51,359 nucleotides of DNA, from the IMG/VR virus record IMGVR_UViG_3300037722_000191, positions 1-51,359 of that record; one strand, written 5' to 3'. A program made the position numbers and the translations under genes. A model generated the notes under the pieces. The model worked only from the letters and a program-made list of their open reading frames with translations, had not been told where the DNA came from and did not search any database. This document shows positions 23,520-33,441 of the stretch, piece after piece; the stretch's first letter is position 1, and each line of letters opens with the position of its first letter. The DNA is from a virus (taxonomy: Duplodnaviria > Caudoviricetes).

Positions 23520-24745
23520 GCCTCACGGACACGCAGCGCGCGTTCGCGACGAGCCGCGAGCCGTTCCCGGCTTTCGTTGGCGGATTCGGTAGCGGAAAAA
23601 CTGCCGCGGCGATTGCCCGCGCGATGGCGCTCAAGTCGCACTTCAGGCAGTGCGACGTGGCCTACTACCTGCCGACCTATCCGCTGGTCGAGGACATCGC
23701 CTACCGGCGATTCCCAGACCTGTGCGAGCGCAAAGGCTGGGCCTACAAGATGAACAAGGCGAGCTCGTTCATCGAGTTCCCTGGCGCCGGCCGGATCGTG
23801 TTCCGCACGATGGAAAACCCGGCGCGCATCGTCGGGTATGAAGTCGCGCACTCGATCTGCGACGAGCTCGACACGCTGCCGATCGAGAAGGCTCGCGAGG
23901 TCTGGAACAAGGTTATTGCCCGCAATCGGCAAAAATGCAGCATGCCGAACACGGTCGGGGTGGCGACGACGCCGGAAGGGTTTCGGTTTGTGCATGAGCG
24001 GTGGGTCAAGCATCGCGCGCCGGGCTATGTGATGTTTCGGGCGCGCACGATGGACAACGCGGCGAACCTGCCGGCCGAGTACATCGCCAATCTGCGCAAC
24101 ACGTACCCATCGAATCTGCTGTCGGCGTATCTGGATGGCGAGTTCGTCAATCTGACGGCCGGCAGCGTCTATGCGGAGTTCGACCGGGCGCTGAACGCCA
24201 GTGGCGAGGCCATCAAGCCGGGCGAGCCGCTGCACATCGGAATGGACTTCAATGTGGCGCACGGCGCGGCGGTCATCCACGTGCTGCGCGGAGACGACCC
24301 GCACGCGGCGGCGGAATTGACCGAAGTGTTCGACACGCCGGCCATGATCGCGCTGCTAAAGCGCGACTACCCGAACCACCCGGTCATGATTTACCCGGAC
24401 GCCTCGGGCAACAACCGCAAGAGTAACAACGCCAGCGAGTCGGATTTGTCGCTGCTGCGCGCGGCGGGCTTTAGGGTGTGCGCGAATCCGGCGAATCCGG
24501 CCGTGAAAGACCGCGTGCTGTCGATGAACCGCATGGTGCATTGCGACGGCGCGCGGCGCTATCGCGTGAATCCGGAGCGATGCCCGCAGCTCGTCGAGTC
24601 GTTGGAAAAGCAGGCGTACAACAAGCACGGCGAACCCGACAAGGACGGCGGCCTCGACCACGTCATCGACGCGGCAGGCTACTTCATTGCGTACCGCTAC
24701 CCGATCCAGAGCCGCGCCGCCATCGTTGAACCACTGAGGATGTAA
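23516..24745 (+). CDS. terL: Terminase large subunit
   Basis: GGFGSGKT Walker A, ICDE Walker B, TTPEG, nuclease GMDFN...DH..DA. Confidence 0.95.
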   Translation: MSLTDTQRAFATSREPFPAFVGGFGSGKTAAAIARAMALKSHFRQCDVAYYLPTYPLVEDIAYRRFPDLCERKGWAYKMNKASSFIEFPGAGRIVFRTMENPARIVGYEVAHSICDELDTLPIEKAREVWNKVIARNRQKCSMPNTVGVATTPEGFRFVHERWVKHRAPGYVMFRARTMDNAANLPAEYIANLRNTYPSNLLSAYLDGEFVNLTAGSVYAEFDRALNASGEAIKPGEPLHIGMDFNVAHGAAVIHVLRGDDPHAAAELTEVFDTPAMIALLKRDYPNHPVMIYPDASGNNRKSNNASESDLSLLRAAGFRVCANPANPAVKDRVLSMNRMVHCDGARRYRVNPERCPQLVESLEKQAYNKHGEPDKDGGLDHVIDAAGYFIAYRYPIQSRAAIVEPLRM

Positions 24746-24751
24746 TCCCGC

Positions 24752-26122
24752 ATGACAGACGTTCGCACCGAATCCGCCGCAGTCACGGGCATGGCCGAGC
24801 AGTGGCCCATGATCCGGCATCTGCTCGGCGGTACGTCGGCGATGCGGTCGGCGGGGCGGGTGCATCTGCCGCAGTGGCCCAACGAGTCCGACGACAGCTA
24901 CAGCGCGCGCCTGAAGACGGCCACCCTTTACCCGGCGTTCGCGCGCACCGTCGAGATCCTGGCCGGCAAGCCGTTCGCGAAGTCGCTCACGTTGAACGAA
25001 AGGGTGCCCGCCAGGCTCGCGGAATGGATGGCGGACGCCGACCTACAGGGGCGCAACCTGCACACGTTCGCCGCCGAGGTCATGAGCGATTGCATCGGCT
25101 ACGGCGTCTCGGGCGTGCTGGTCGATTACCCGACCGTGCGCAACGTGCGCAACCTCGCCGAAGAGCGCGCGGTCGGTGCGCGGCCCTACTTCACCCGCTA
25201 TGCGCCCGGCACGGTGCTGGGCTGGCGGTCGATGCGCATCGGCGGCGCAACCAAACTGATGCAGTTGCGCCTGCTCGAATCGGTCGAAGTCGAGGCCGGT
25301 GAATTCGGCGCGAAGACGATCGAACAGGTGCGCGTCCTCACCCCCGGCGCGTGGGCGGTGTATCGCAAGGCCGAGAAAGCGTCCGCGGCCGTGCAGTGGG
25401 CGCGCGTCGATGAGGGGCGCACGACGCTGTCAGAAATCCCGTTCGTATTCTTCTACGGGCAACGGACCGGGTTCGGCGTGGGCCGCCCGCCGCTGCTCGA
25501 GCTCGCGCATCAGAACGTCGAGCACTGGCAGTCGTCGAGCGACCAGCAGACGATTCTGCATGTCGCGCGCGTGCCCATTCTGGCGATCATCGGGGCGGAC
25601 TCCAATACCGAGATCACGGTCGGCGCGAAGTCTGCGGTGAAACTCCCGCTGGGCGCCGAAATGAAGTTCGTGGAGCACACCGGCGCCGCGATCAGTGCCG
25701 GCCGGGAGTCGATCAAGGATCTTGAGGAGCGCATGCGCGCGACCGGCGCGGAGCTCCTCGTCATCAAGCCCGGACAGGTCACCGCCACCCAGACCCGCAG
25801 CGAGGACGACGGCAACAAGTCGGCCCTGCAGCGCATCGCGGAGGGCGTGGAGGACGCGCTCGACCAGTGCTTGCAGTTTGCGGCGATGTGGGTCGGCGAG
25901 GCCGAGGGCGGGAACGTCGCGCTCCACAAAGATTTCGGTGCCAACTCGCTGTCGGACGCCTCCGCACAGCTCGTCGTGACGATGCAGCAGAGCGGGCTCA
26001 TCTCACGCCAGACCGCGATCCAGGAGCAGCAGCGGCGCGGGATTCTGTCGCCCGACCTCGTCGCGGCGGACGAAGCGGAACGGGTGGCGGACGAAGGGCC
26101 GGCGCTTGGCGCTACTGAGTGA
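24752..26122 (+). CDS. Portal protein (DUF4055-type)
   Basis: LLGGT.AMR.AG..LP..P.E....Y..RL; PPLL.LA..N..H; position after TerL. Confidence 0.9.
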   Translation: MTDVRTESAAVTGMAEQWPMIRHLLGGTSAMRSAGRVHLPQWPNESDDSYSARLKTATLYPAFARTVEILAGKPFAKSLTLNERVPARLAEWMADADLQGRNLHTFAAEVMSDCIGYGVSGVLVDYPTVRNVRNLAEERAVGARPYFTRYAPGTVLGWRSMRIGGATKLMQLRLLESVEVEAGEFGAKTIEQVRVLTPGAWAVYRKAEKASAAVQWARVDEGRTTLSEIPFVFFYGQRTGFGVGRPPLLELAHQNVEHWQSSSDQQTILHVARVPILAIIGADSNTEITVGAKSAVKLPLGAEMKFVEHTGAAISAGRESIKDLEERMRATGAELLVIKPGQVTATQTRSEDDGNKSALQRIAEGVEDALDQCLQFAAMWVGEAEGGNVALHKDFGANSLSDASAQLVVTMQQSGLISRQTAIQEQQRRGILSPDLVAADEAERVADEGPALGATE

Positions 26123-27195
26123 TGGCGCAGACGGCCAATGAGCGACTGGCCGACGCAGCCACCCAGCACGCGATGGATACCGCCCGGTACAGCAACGGGG
26201 TCGTCAAACGGCTGATCGCGTTGCTGAACCGCGTCGATGCCGACCTGTTCCGCGCCCTCATCGAAGCACTGGAGCGACTGCCCGCCTCGCAATTCACGGT
26301 CGAGCGCCTGGATGCGCTACTGCAAAGCGCGCGGGAACTGAACGCGCGGGCGTACGCGGCGCTGCGCAGCGGCCTCGAAGTCGAGATGCGCGACCTGGCC
26401 GGCTACGAGGCCGACCACCAGGCGCAACTCTTCGCCGCGACGCTGCCGGCCGAGGTGAGTTTCGCCCGCATCAACGTCGAGCAGACGTACAGCGCAGCGC
26501 TCGCGCGACCGATGCAGGGACGGTTGATGCGCGAATGGGCCGCCAGCATCGAGGCCGACAAGATGACGCGTATCCGCGACGCGCTGCGCATCGGCTACGT
26601 CGAGGGGCAGACGATTGACCAGATGGTGCGGCGCATTCGTGGCACGCGCGCCCGCGGCTACGAGGACGGCATCATCGAGATTGACCGCCGGAACGCGCAG
26701 GCGGTCGTGCGCACCGCGACACAGCACGTCGCCAGCGTGACGCGGAACCGGTTCTACCAGGCGAACACGGACCTCATCAAAGGCGAACGTTACACGGCGA
26801 CGATTGACGGCAGGACGACGCTGCGATGCGCCTCGCTGGACGGCAAGCTGTTCAAGCTGGGAGAGGGCCCGATGCCGCCGATTCACTGGAATTGCCGTTC
26901 CGTGCGAACGCCGGTCCTGAAATCGTGGCGCGACCTGGGGATAGATGCGGACGACCTGCCCGCATCGACCCGCGCGAGCATGGACGGGCAGATCCCGGAA
27001 GACACCACGTTCGGCGAGTGGCTGCGCGGCAAGCCGGCGGCATTCCAGGATGACTACCTCGGGCCCACGAAAGGCAAACTGTTCCGCGACGGAAAACTGC
27101 CGATTGACCGGTTTGTGAGCCGCAACGGGGACGAACTGACGATCAGGCAGCTGCGCGAGCGCGATGCCAAGGCATTTGCTGCCGCCGGGCTATAA
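26122..27195 (+). CDS. Head morphogenesis protein (SPP1 gp7 / Mu F-like)
   Basis: AT.D.RTT..C..LDG......PP.HWNCRS. Confidence 0.9.
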   Translation: MAQTANERLADAATQHAMDTARYSNGVVKRLIALLNRVDADLFRALIEALERLPASQFTVERLDALLQSARELNARAYAALRSGLEVEMRDLAGYEADHQAQLFAATLPAEVSFARINVEQTYSAALARPMQGRLMREWAASIEADKMTRIRDALRIGYVEGQTIDQMVRRIRGTRARGYEDGIIEIDRRNAQAVVRTATQHVASVTRNRFYQANTDLIKGERYTATIDGRTTLRCASLDGKLFKLGEGPMPPIHWNCRSVRTPVLKSWRDLGIDADDLPASTRASMDGQIPEDTTFGEWLRGKPAAFQDDYLGPTKGKLFRDGKLPIDRFVSRNGDELTIRQLRERDAKAFAAAGL

Positions 27196-27285
27196 TGCAA
27201 TCTGCTGCGGCTAGGGTAGCTCCCGAAAGCCTGAAACACTCGCAGGTTGCCGCGGCTTAACTCCGAGTGAGCATGGAGTGATGCT
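27191..27285 (+). promoter_or_regulatory. Promoter -10 plus structured leader of a moron
   Basis: TATAAT; GCGGC..GGGTAGCTCCC..GCCTG-loop-CAGGT..GCCGC; loop CACTCG complementary to CGAGTG and partly to the SD GGAGTG. Confidence 0.55.
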
Positions 27286-27561
27286 GTGTATTTTTCTTTT
27301 GAAACTGATGCGCATGGATGGGCCAGCGGAGATCGCAACTGGAAGGTTTGCGATCTTTTCGAGGATAAAGAGGAAGACTCTTTGTTCTTCCAAGCCGAGA
27401 TTGGTAAAGACGGTGATTGCGCTTTAAGGGTCGGTCGTTTGGACGTTCATTCTGGCGGGCGAGCAATAAACATATTTTTGGCGAAGAATCAGGTTATTGG
27501 GCTTCGAGACCTGCTTGATGTGGCTATAAAGAACTCGGCGCCAGATGAAGTCGCAGATTAA
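27286..27561 (+). CDS. AT-rich moron protein
   Basis: GGAG SD, GTG start; visibly lower GC. Confidence 0.6.
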   Translation: MYFSFETDAHGWASGDRNWKVCDLFEDKEEDSLFFQAEIGKDGDCALRVGRLDVHSGGRAINIFLAKNQVIGLRDLLDVAIKNSAPDEVAD

Positions 27562-27751
27562 GCTCATCTCCGACAACGCCGCGCCCGCCAAGCCGCCGAA
27601 GGTGCGCCGGGCGCCCAAAGTGAAGCCCTACTGCCCCGCGTGCGGTAGCTGCACCTGGACATGGGTCAATCAAGGGCCGGCCGATCTGCTCGAAGGCGCC
27701 AAGCCTCTCAGGCGGCGCGGGTGCTGGGAGTGCAAGCATGTGTGGGGATAG
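27545..27751 (+). CDS. Small Zn-ribbon protein
   Basis: CPACG...CWEC. Confidence 0.6.
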   Translation: MKSQIKLISDNAAPAKPPKVRRAPKVKPYCPACGSCTWTWVNQGPADLLEGAKPLRRRGCWECKHVWG

Positions 27752-27754
27752 GGC

Positions 27755-27973
27755 GTGTATAGAAGCGGACGTCCATCGAAGCCATCTGGGTTTTGGAGCC
27801 AAGAGCGTTACCTCGAAGCGCACAACCGCCGGGCGCGCGGCCTATCGCTCAAGCAGATTTGTGAAATTTACGGGGTCGGAATCGAGAGAACCCGCCAAGT
27901 GTGCGCAAAAGGCGCCCGCATCGAAGCGCGAAGCGCGCTCACTCTCGGAGAACGCGAGCGTGTCATTCGATAA
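27755..27973 (+). CDS. Small HTH protein (sigma4-like)
   Basis: RRARGLSLKQICEIYGVGIERTRQV. Confidence 0.55.
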   Translation: MYRSGRPSKPSGFWSQERYLEAHNRRARGLSLKQICEIYGVGIERTRQVCAKGARIEARSALTLGERERVIR

Positions 27974-28253
27974 GCTGGCAGAGTCTGTTTTCGGGATTGG
28001 CAATGCGCCCTCTGTTAGCGAGGATGAGTTTGTTCGTGACCTGCCCTTGGTTCTCAGTAACAACAAGGCAAGGTGGAACGCAGAGAATCTGGCGAAGGTG
28101 CTGATGATGCGTTACGGCATTGGCGGGCACGAGGTGACACGGATCACGGATATCGGACGTGAGTTTGCCATCGGCCCGGATGCTGCGAACAGGGCGGTCA
28201 TGATCGCAGTCAGAATGGCGAGAAAGTTCTACGTGATCCAAAATCCGCGATGA
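27960..28253 (+). CDS. Hypothetical protein with sigma4-like C-terminus
   Basis: GGAG SD; VL.MRYGI.G.....ITDIGREF.I. Confidence 0.55.
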   Translation: MSFDKLAESVFGIGNAPSVSEDEFVRDLPLVLSNNKARWNAENLAKVLMMRYGIGGHEVTRITDIGREFAIGPDAANRAVMIAVRMARKFYVIQNPR

Positions 28254-28292
28254 AGATGGCAGACATAGACTGACCACGAACAACTGAACATC

Positions 28293-28322
28293 AAGGCTCG
28301 CTCCGGCGGGCCTTTTTCTTTT
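28293..28322 (+). terminator. Intrinsic terminator ending the moron
   Basis: AAGGCTCGC-TCCG-GCGGGCCTT-TTTCTTT. Confidence 0.75.
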
Positions 28323-28432
28323 CCAGCCGACCCGGCGTGATGCCGCGGTCGGCTTTTTCATGTCCGCACCCGGATGGGTCGGAGTCGGCCGGACGGCCAA
28401 TCTTTCGGGTGGATGCCCAAAGGAATATCTCG

Positions 28433-29170
28433 ATGAAGCTCAAAACTGTCGAAGTCAGCGGCGTGACCTATGCCGAAATCAAGGATGGGAAGCCCGTCTA
28501 TGTCCACCCGGACGGCAAGGAAGTAGCGATGGATGTCGCGGACCTTGCGGGAAAGGTGACCTTCCTCACGGCGGAGTCCGAAAAGGCGTTTGCGCGGCGC
28601 GACGAAGCCATGAAAGCGTTGAAGGCGTTTGAAGGCATCGACGATGCTGAAGCCGCCCGCAAGGCGCTGCAGACGATCGCCAATATCGATGCAAAAAAGC
28701 TGATCGACGCGGGCGAAGTGGAGCGCGTGAAGGCGGAAATCGGCAAGTCCTACGAGGGCAAGCTGACCGAAGCGCAAACCCGCACCCAGCAACTGGAGCA
28801 GCAGCTCTACGGCGAGAAGATCGGCGGCAGTTTCAGCCGCTCGAAGCTCATCGCCGACAAGCTCGCGATTCCCGCCGACATGGTGCAGGCCCGTTTCGGG
28901 CAGGCGTTCAAGATCGAGGACGGCAAGACCGTCGCTTATGACGCACACGGGAACAAGATTTACAGCCGTGCGCGCCCGGGCGAACTGGCCGACTTCGACG
29001 AGGCCCTCGAATCGCTCATCGAGACCTATCCGTACAAGGACCACATCCTGAAGAGTTCCGGCGCCAGCGGCGGCGGCGCTCAAGGCGGCAGCGGTACGCC
29101 GTCCGGTCGCGACCTATCCAATCTCTCCCCCACGGAGCGGCTCACCGCCGCACGCGCCGGGAAAAAGTAA
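28433..29170 (+). CDS. Capsid scaffolding protein
   Basis: MKLK......YA...DGKPVYV..DGKE...; AAGGA SD; upstream of MCP. Confidence 0.85.
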   Translation: MKLKTVEVSGVTYAEIKDGKPVYVHPDGKEVAMDVADLAGKVTFLTAESEKAFARRDEAMKALKAFEGIDDAEAARKALQTIANIDAKKLIDAGEVERVKAEIGKSYEGKLTEAQTRTQQLEQQLYGEKIGGSFSRSKLIADKLAIPADMVQARFGQAFKIEDGKTVAYDAHGNKIYSRARPGELADFDEALESLIETYPYKDHILKSSGASGGGAQGGSGTPSGRDLSNLSPTERLTAARAGKK

Positions 29171-29185
29171 AAGGAATCACGCATC

Positions 29186-30112
29186 ATGGCTCTCACCCTT
29201 GTTGAAGCGGCAAAACTGGAAATTGGCGACGTTGTGCGTCAGGCCATCATCGAACTGTATGCCGGCTCGTCCGACATCCTGATGAACCTGCCGTTCGAGT
29301 CGATCTCGGGCAACGCGATGAAGTACAACCGCGAGTCGAGCCTGCCCGGCGTCGGCTTCCGCGGCGTCAATGAAGCCTACACGCCCTCGACCGGCGTGCT
29401 CAACCCGCTGACCGAAGCGCTGGTCATCGCGGGCGGCGACCTCGACGTCGACAAATTCATCATCGACACCATGGGGCCGAACCAGCGCTCCGTGCATGAG
29501 GCGATGAAGATTCGCGCGCTGTCGCTCGCCTGGACGCAGAAGTTCATCAAGGGTGACAACCAGTCCGACCCGCGCGAGTTCGACGGCCTGCAGACCCGCA
29601 TCACGGGCGCCCAGAAGATCGCCGCCGGCTCGACCGCCAACGGTTCCGCGCTGTCGCTGACGAAGCTGGACGAGGCGATCGACCAGACGTTGAACCCGAC
29701 CCACCTCGTGATGAACAAGGCCATGCGCCGGCGTCTGACGCAAGCCTCGCGCTCGACCACCGTGGGCGGCTTCATCACCATGGAAGTGGGCGCGTTCGGG
29801 CGGCGGGTCGAGTTCTACAACGGCCTCCCCATCATCGTGGTGGATCTGGACCACACCGGCGCCGCGATCCTCCCGTTCACCGAAGCGGCCACCTCGGGCA
29901 CCGATACCGCGACCTCGATCTACGTGCTCTCGATGGGCGACGGGGGCGTGCTCGGCCTGCAGAACGGCGGCATGAACGTGCGCGACCTGGGCGAGTTGCA
30001 GACGGCGCCGGTCTTCCGCACCCGCGTCGAGTGGTACAACGGATTCGCCGTGTTCAACGGCCGTGCGGCTACCCGCCTGTGGTCCATCGCTGACGCTGCT
30101 GTCGTCGCCTAA
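29186..30112 (+). CDS. Major capsid protein
   Basis: MALTL.EAAK...LPF..I.G....YNRE..LP...FR.VNE; 308 aa. Confidence 0.9.
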   Translation: MALTLVEAAKLEIGDVVRQAIIELYAGSSDILMNLPFESISGNAMKYNRESSLPGVGFRGVNEAYTPSTGVLNPLTEALVIAGGDLDVDKFIIDTMGPNQRSVHEAMKIRALSLAWTQKFIKGDNQSDPREFDGLQTRITGAQKIAAGSTANGSALSLTKLDEAIDQTLNPTHLVMNKAMRRRLTQASRSTTVGGFITMEVGAFGRRVEFYNGLPIIVVDLDHTGAAILPFTEAATSGTDTATSIYVLSMGDGGVLGLQNGGMNVRDLGELQTAPVFRTRVEWYNGFAVFNGRAATRLWSIADAAVVA

Positions 30113-30139
30113 CCAACGCCAACGAAAGGACAATCCATC

Positions 30140-30559
30140 ATGGCAAACCTGTATTCGCAATTCACCTACGACAACGCGCTGCTGCTCGAAGCGTCGGCGG
30201 CCCACACCACCGAACAGACCGATGTCGGCGCGACCATCCTGGACCTCGGCGCCGGGCTGGTGTGCGGTCATCTCGTCATCGACGTGACCGGCATCGACGT
30301 GGCCTCGACCGACGAGTACTACGTGATCTCGCTCGAAGGCTCCAATGTCGCCGCCATGACCAGCGGCAGCGTGGAGCTCGCCGTGTCGCGCATGGGCAAC
30401 GTCACCGCGCCGGGCGACGCCGACACCGCGGTCGGCCGCTTCGTGGTGCCGTTCCGCAACGAGCAAAACGGCACGGTCTATCGCTATGTTCGCCTGAGCA
30501 CCAAGGTCAATGGCACCACGCCGTCGATCACGTTCTCGGCCTGGCTGGCGAAGGACTGA
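30140..30559 (+). CDS. Capsid decoration/cement protein
   Basis: Follows MCP; beta-rich; YRYVRL motif. Confidence 0.65.
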   Translation: MANLYSQFTYDNALLLEASAAHTTEQTDVGATILDLGAGLVCGHLVIDVTGIDVASTDEYYVISLEGSNVAAMTSGSVELAVSRMGNVTAPGDADTAVGRFVVPFRNEQNGTVYRYVRLSTKVNGTTPSITFSAWLAKD

Positions 30560-30564
30560 TCGCC

Positions 30565-31185
30565 ATGACGCGCACCGTACAGATCGACGAGGCGGTCAAC
30601 GCCAACGTCAAGCGCACCCGGACCGTGGATCTGGACGCTGCGCCGTCCGGGTCGTATGGCGCGGTCCCGGTCGCGCTCGGGGCGACGGCGGTCGCTACCG
30701 AGGCGGGCGACGCGGTCGTGCATAAAACCACGATCACGCTCGCCAATCTCGCCGTCACCATGCGGGACACGGAGCAGGGCGGCGGGGTCAAAATCTACGA
30801 CTTCCCCGCCGGCCGCATCCTGCGTCTAGGGGCCATCGGCTCGATCGCCGTCACGACGACCTCGATCCTGGCGAGCACGCTCAATGCCAGCGTGACCTGC
30901 AACTGGGGGGTGGGCTCGACCACGCAGGCGAGCGCCACCGTAGCGACGACCGAGCAGGACATCGTCAACGTCACGGCCTTTACCGCATCGGCGACCGTTG
31001 ATGTGGCGGGCGCAGTGGCGAACGGGGTCGGGCCGGGTGTGCTGGCATCACTGGACGGCACCTCGACCGCGGTGGATGCGTTCCTGAACCTCGCCGTAGC
31101 GGGCGCGACCGACATCGACGCGGACGCGACGGTGCTGGTCAATGGCTCCGTGACGATTCACTGGATCAACCTCGGCGACCATTGA
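30565..31185 (+). CDS. Virion structural protein
   Basis: AAGGA SD; Ala/Thr/Val beta-rich. Confidence 0.65.
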   Translation: MTRTVQIDEAVNANVKRTRTVDLDAAPSGSYGAVPVALGATAVATEAGDAVVHKTTITLANLAVTMRDTEQGGGVKIYDFPAGRILRLGAIGSIAVTTTSILASTLNASVTCNWGVGSTTQASATVATTEQDIVNVTAFTASATVDVAGAVANGVGPGVLASLDGTSTAVDAFLNLAVAGATDIDADATVLVNGSVTIHWINLGDH

Positions 31186-31190
31186 TGACA

Positions 31191-31220
31191 AGGGGCGGCT
31201 TCGGTCGCCCCTGACCTTTT
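31191..31220 (+). terminator. Hairpin with cUUCGg loop, possible terminator
   Basis: AGGGGCGGC-TTCG-GTCGCCCCT...TTTT. Confidence 0.55.
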
Positions 31221-31230
31221 GGAGCATCAG

Positions 31231-31458
31231 ATGGCGCTCGTCACCTGTTACGACGCGGACGGCCTCCCGCGCGAAAAAGAGCCGGTCGATGCCCGCGAGT
31301 GCTGCCTGTATTGCGGCTTCTCGATGACGCCGCCGAGCCATGCCGTGGCGATCGTTGGCGATTCGGCGCAGACGCTGCCGGACGTGCCGGACGCCCCCGC
31401 CGCGCAGCCCGCCGCCGCGCCCGCAAAGCGCCCGTACCACCGAAAGCCGAAAGCCTGA
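31231..31458 (+). CDS. Small hypothetical protein
   Basis: GGAG SD; basic C-terminal tail. Confidence 0.55.
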   Translation: MALVTCYDADGLPREKEPVDARECCLYCGFSMTPPSHAVAIVGDSAQTLPDVPDAPAAQPAAAPAKRPYHRKPKA

Positions 31459-31492
31459 CGCGCACCGCGCCGCCAAGCCTTACCCAATACCG

Positions 31493-31521
31493 AAGCCCGC
31501 TCTGTGCGGGCTTTTGCTTTT
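31493..31521 (+). terminator. Intrinsic terminator
   Basis: AAGCCCGC-TCTGT-GCGGGCTT-TTGCTTTT. Confidence 0.75.
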
Positions 31522-31535
31522 CAGGAGCCTAGAAC

Positions 31536-31916
31536 ATGGCCGTCACCTACAGCACCGCAATGAAAACCCTTCGCATGCAGGCTGTCGCCGATGGCATCGA
31601 CGCCGGTGCCGGCGCCGGCACCCTCGAAATCGGCACGACCGCGATGGGCACCGTGCTCGCCGTGTTCCAGCTCGTCGAGCCGTGCGGCACGGTGGCGACC
31701 GACACCCTGACGCTCGACTTCGATCCGGACATCAGCGACACCAGCGCGGATGCCACCGGCACCGCCGCGGCCGCCCAGATCAAGAACGGCGACGGTACGG
31801 TCGTCATCTCCGGGCTCACGGTCGGCACCTCGGGCACCGACATCGTGCTCGACAACACGAGCATCACGGCGACGCAGACGGTCACGCTTACGGCCGGCAC
31901 GCTGACCCACGCCTGA
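31536..31916 (+). CDS. Virion structural protein
   Basis: AGGAG SD; A.ATGTA..A.I......V...TVG.SG.D..LD.TSI...Q.V motif. Confidence 0.75.
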   Translation: MAVTYSTAMKTLRMQAVADGIDAGAGAGTLEIGTTAMGTVLAVFQLVEPCGTVATDTLTLDFDPDISDTSADATGTAAAAQIKNGDGTVVISGLTVGTSGTDIVLDNTSITATQTVTLTAGTLTHA

Positions 31917-31918
31917 CC

Positions 31919-32149
31919 ATGTTCGGCCGACTGATTCGTGTGGGCGACGCGCTGTCGCAGTTCGTTAACGTCGTGCTGCTCAACGGCGACGCCAACGAGT
32001 CGATCAGTGGTCGCGCGTATCGCGAGGGATGGACGACTACGCGACGCGTGATTGATGCCTTGTTCGGCACGGGTCACTGCAAGGGCGCCTATCTCGCTGA
32101 TGTCACGCGGGCCGCGCAACTGCTCGCACAACACCAGAGGCGCGCGTGA
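31919..32149 (+). CDS. Small phage protein (N.....G...E.IS.RA family)
   Basis: LSQ..N..LLNG..NESISGRA.R...ID.LF...HC..AY. Confidence 0.7.
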   Translation: MFGRLIRVGDALSQFVNVVLLNGDANESISGRAYREGWTTTRRVIDALFGTGHCKGAYLADVTRAAQLLAQHQRRA

Positions 32150-32204
32150 GCATTCTGATAAGGGGTCGAGCGGGCGCGGCCTATGCACTGAGGGTAAATC
32201 TGTG

Positions 32205-32606
32205 ATGATGTGGTACGCCGTTTATAAATCCGACTCGGGCGAGTTGGCGAGCACCGGAACCGTCGTTGCCGACCCCCTCCCTGCAGGAATGGCATCGATT
32301 GCGCTGGCCGCCGAGCCCGACCCCCAAGCCGAACAATGGAACGCAATCACGCGGGCGTTCGAGCCCAGGCTGGCCGAGTCCGCACCACTGGCCCCGATCG
32401 ACTTCATGCGCCGCTTCGCAATGGCCGAAGAAGTCGCCATCCGTACGGCGGCAAAAACCGATGTGGCCATCGAAGTGTTTCTTGCCCGCCTGTTCGTGGT
32501 GCCGGCGGTGGGCCTCTCGCATCCGGAAACCACTGGCGGCATCAGCTACCTGATCGCCCAAGGGCTACTGACTGCCGAGCGCGGCACGGAGATCCTCAAT
32601 GGCTGA
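32205..32606 (+). CDS. Fibre-assembly-like protein
   Basis: F..RF...E...I...A...V.L....T..G...L...GLLT..R..EIL. Confidence 0.65.
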   Translation: MMWYAVYKSDSGELASTGTVVADPLPAGMASIALAAEPDPQAEQWNAITRAFEPRLAESAPLAPIDFMRRFAMAEEVAIRTAAKTDVAIEVFLARLFVVPAVGLSHPETTGGISYLIAQGLLTAERGTEILNG

Positions 32607-33441
32607 TTGGCCGGCAAGTCTTCCGGGAGGTGGTGGCAAACTATCTACCGCCACCGCTGTCAGCGCGGCAACCAGCGTGGCTGGAGTGTCAGTTGCTGGG
32701 TCGGCGACGCAAAACACCAAAGGGGCGTGGGTTGAACTGACTGCGGCCATTGAGAACGACTGCAACCAGATGTCGGTACTCATGCTCGCGGCCAGTGCGT
32801 ATGACCATTTGACGGATATCGCGATCGGTGCGGCGGGTTCTGAGGCGGTACTACTGCCGAATCTGCTGTTCGCCCGCGCCAACAGTGTCACCACTGGCAA
32901 TTTCTGTTACACGTTCCCAGTCAAAATTCCCGCCGGCACGCGCATTTCGGCGAGAAACCAGTGCAACGGCACGAACAGCGGATTGACGCGCGTACAGCTA
33001 CTGCTCGCGGCAGGCAATTTTCACCCGCATATCGCAGGCGCGGTGGCGACGTATGGCGCCAATACTGCCGATTCGGGCGGCACCAGAATCGATGCAGGCG
33101 CGACAGCCAATGCCAAGGGCCCGTGGTACGAATTAAGCAGCGCCGCCGTCCGCGCAGTCAAGGGGGTGATTTTCGCCCTTGGCCAGGAGTCGATCGCTAG
33201 TCGCGCCGCAGCGATGAACTGGCTGGTTGATCTTGGCATCGGCGCCGCCGGCAGTGAAGTGGTGCTGCTGTCGGACTACGGCGTGTCAGCGTATTCCGGC
33301 AATGAAATGACACCCCTGCCATCCGTTAGCCCGCTGTTGCCGGTAGACATCCCGGCCGGGTCGCGCATTGCCATGCGCTGCCAATGTTCGAGCAATGCGA
33401 CCAATCGGTGGCTCGACGCAATTCTTTACGGAGTCAGCTAA
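32599..33441 (+). CDS. Virion protein with internally duplicated beta domain
   Basis: KG.W.EL...D..IGAAGSE.VL...PV.IPAG.RI..R.QC occurs twice. Confidence 0.7.
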   Translation: MADWPASLPGGGGKLSTATAVSAATSVAGVSVAGSATQNTKGAWVELTAAIENDCNQMSVLMLAASAYDHLTDIAIGAAGSEAVLLPNLLFARANSVTTGNFCYTFPVKIPAGTRISARNQCNGTNSGLTRVQLLLAAGNFHPHIAGAVATYGANTADSGGTRIDAGATANAKGPWYELSSAAVRAVKGVIFALGQESIASRAAAMNWLVDLGIGAAGSEVVLLSDYGVSAYSGNEMTPLPSVSPLLPVDIPAGSRIAMRCQCSSNATNRWLDAILYGVS

